Assembly (NCBI GenBank): GCA_964405285.1
Contig: CAYONK010000001.1
Coordinates: forward strand, 1-42,412
Source: an uncultured Ardenticatenaceae bacterium
Lineage (GTDB): Bacteria; Chloroflexota; Anaerolineae; Promineifilales; Promineifilaceae
Direction: 5' to 3'
Length of the DNA: 42,412 bases
A model generated the notes under the pieces. That model worked only from the letters and a program-made list of their open reading frames with translations, did not search any database and was not told where the DNA came from. This document shows positions 42,147 through 42,412 of the stretch, piece after piece (the first letter of the stretch is position 1; each line of letters opens with the position of its first letter). A program made the position numbers and the translations under genes.

Positions 42147-42412
42147 GTTGTCCTCCAGGAGATTCTGAGTTCACAATAGCAACAAATAAAATCCAGCAGA
42201 TCCAACATTAAACTCGCCGGGCGCGATAAGCAGCATTTGGCGTGGACCCGCTGTGGTTAACGTGAATGTGAGAGCAAATTTTTCTGCACGCTGAAAAGCC
42301 CATTTTTTATCATTTGTATATTTTTAACTTACAAAAGAGATTGTATACCACTTATGATTATCAGTGTAGAAAATAAGTCATTTTTTGACTATGACTTTCA
42401 CCACATATTTGC

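Noticed and set aside
42147-42412. AT-rich tail of the window, considered as a possible additional small gene or RNA
   Set aside because: I found no ORF with an SD and no convincing structured element by eye. It is most simply the promoter/leader region of the 72-aa peptide gene, and I could not place -35/-10 boxes with confidence.

Overview
42.4-kb bacterial chromosomal window. I saw no rRNA, tRNA, CRISPR array or transposase. All calls come from reading the ORF translations and the DNA by eye; no searches were run.

Layout:
(1) 1-8.4 kb: a DmsABC-type molybdopterin oxidoreductase operon, with dmsA cut by the window edge. An accessory operon follows: radical SAM, TorD-like chaperone, poly-ferredoxin, FmdE-like protein and a tiny Cys/Trp protein.
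(2) 8.5-17.1 kb: GC-rich housekeeping or accessory genes. These are a secreted six-fold Cys-repeat protein, a Rossmann-motif protein, a surface protein with duplicated NBR1-like domains, and a 1012-aa SARP/BTAD-ATPase-TPR regulator.
(3) 17.1-32.5 kb: a class II lanthipeptide (LanM) gene cluster. It has a 69-aa mersacidin-type-leader precursor (core AWTCINTCGNTKINTR), a GT1-type glycosyltransferase, an HExxH protein, an NHLP-type export trio (HlyD, C39-ABC, cNMP-ABC), a HAMP membrane protein and a divergent MDR enoyl-reductase-like gene that is a LanJ candidate.
(4) 32.5-36.6 kb: an uncharacterised operon. It encodes a small wHTH protein, a wHTH-cNMP-degenerate ParA-like protein, a MinD/ParA ATPase and an orphan 366-aa protein.
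(5) 36.8-42.1 kb: a ComQXPA-like module. It has a 72-aa peptide ending ...EQAWIP, a polyprenyl-synthase homologue lacking IPP-site basic motifs, a polytopic HisKA_3 kinase and two NarL-type regulators.

Cross-cutting signals:
- The 10-nt palindrome AACGGCCGTT occurs at least 36 times and builds two terminators.
- A 43-nt operator/promoter element is shared by the lanM operon and the wHTH operon.
- A heptamer-built long palindrome lies between convergent genes.
- GC content and palindrome density drop from about 25.6 kb onward.
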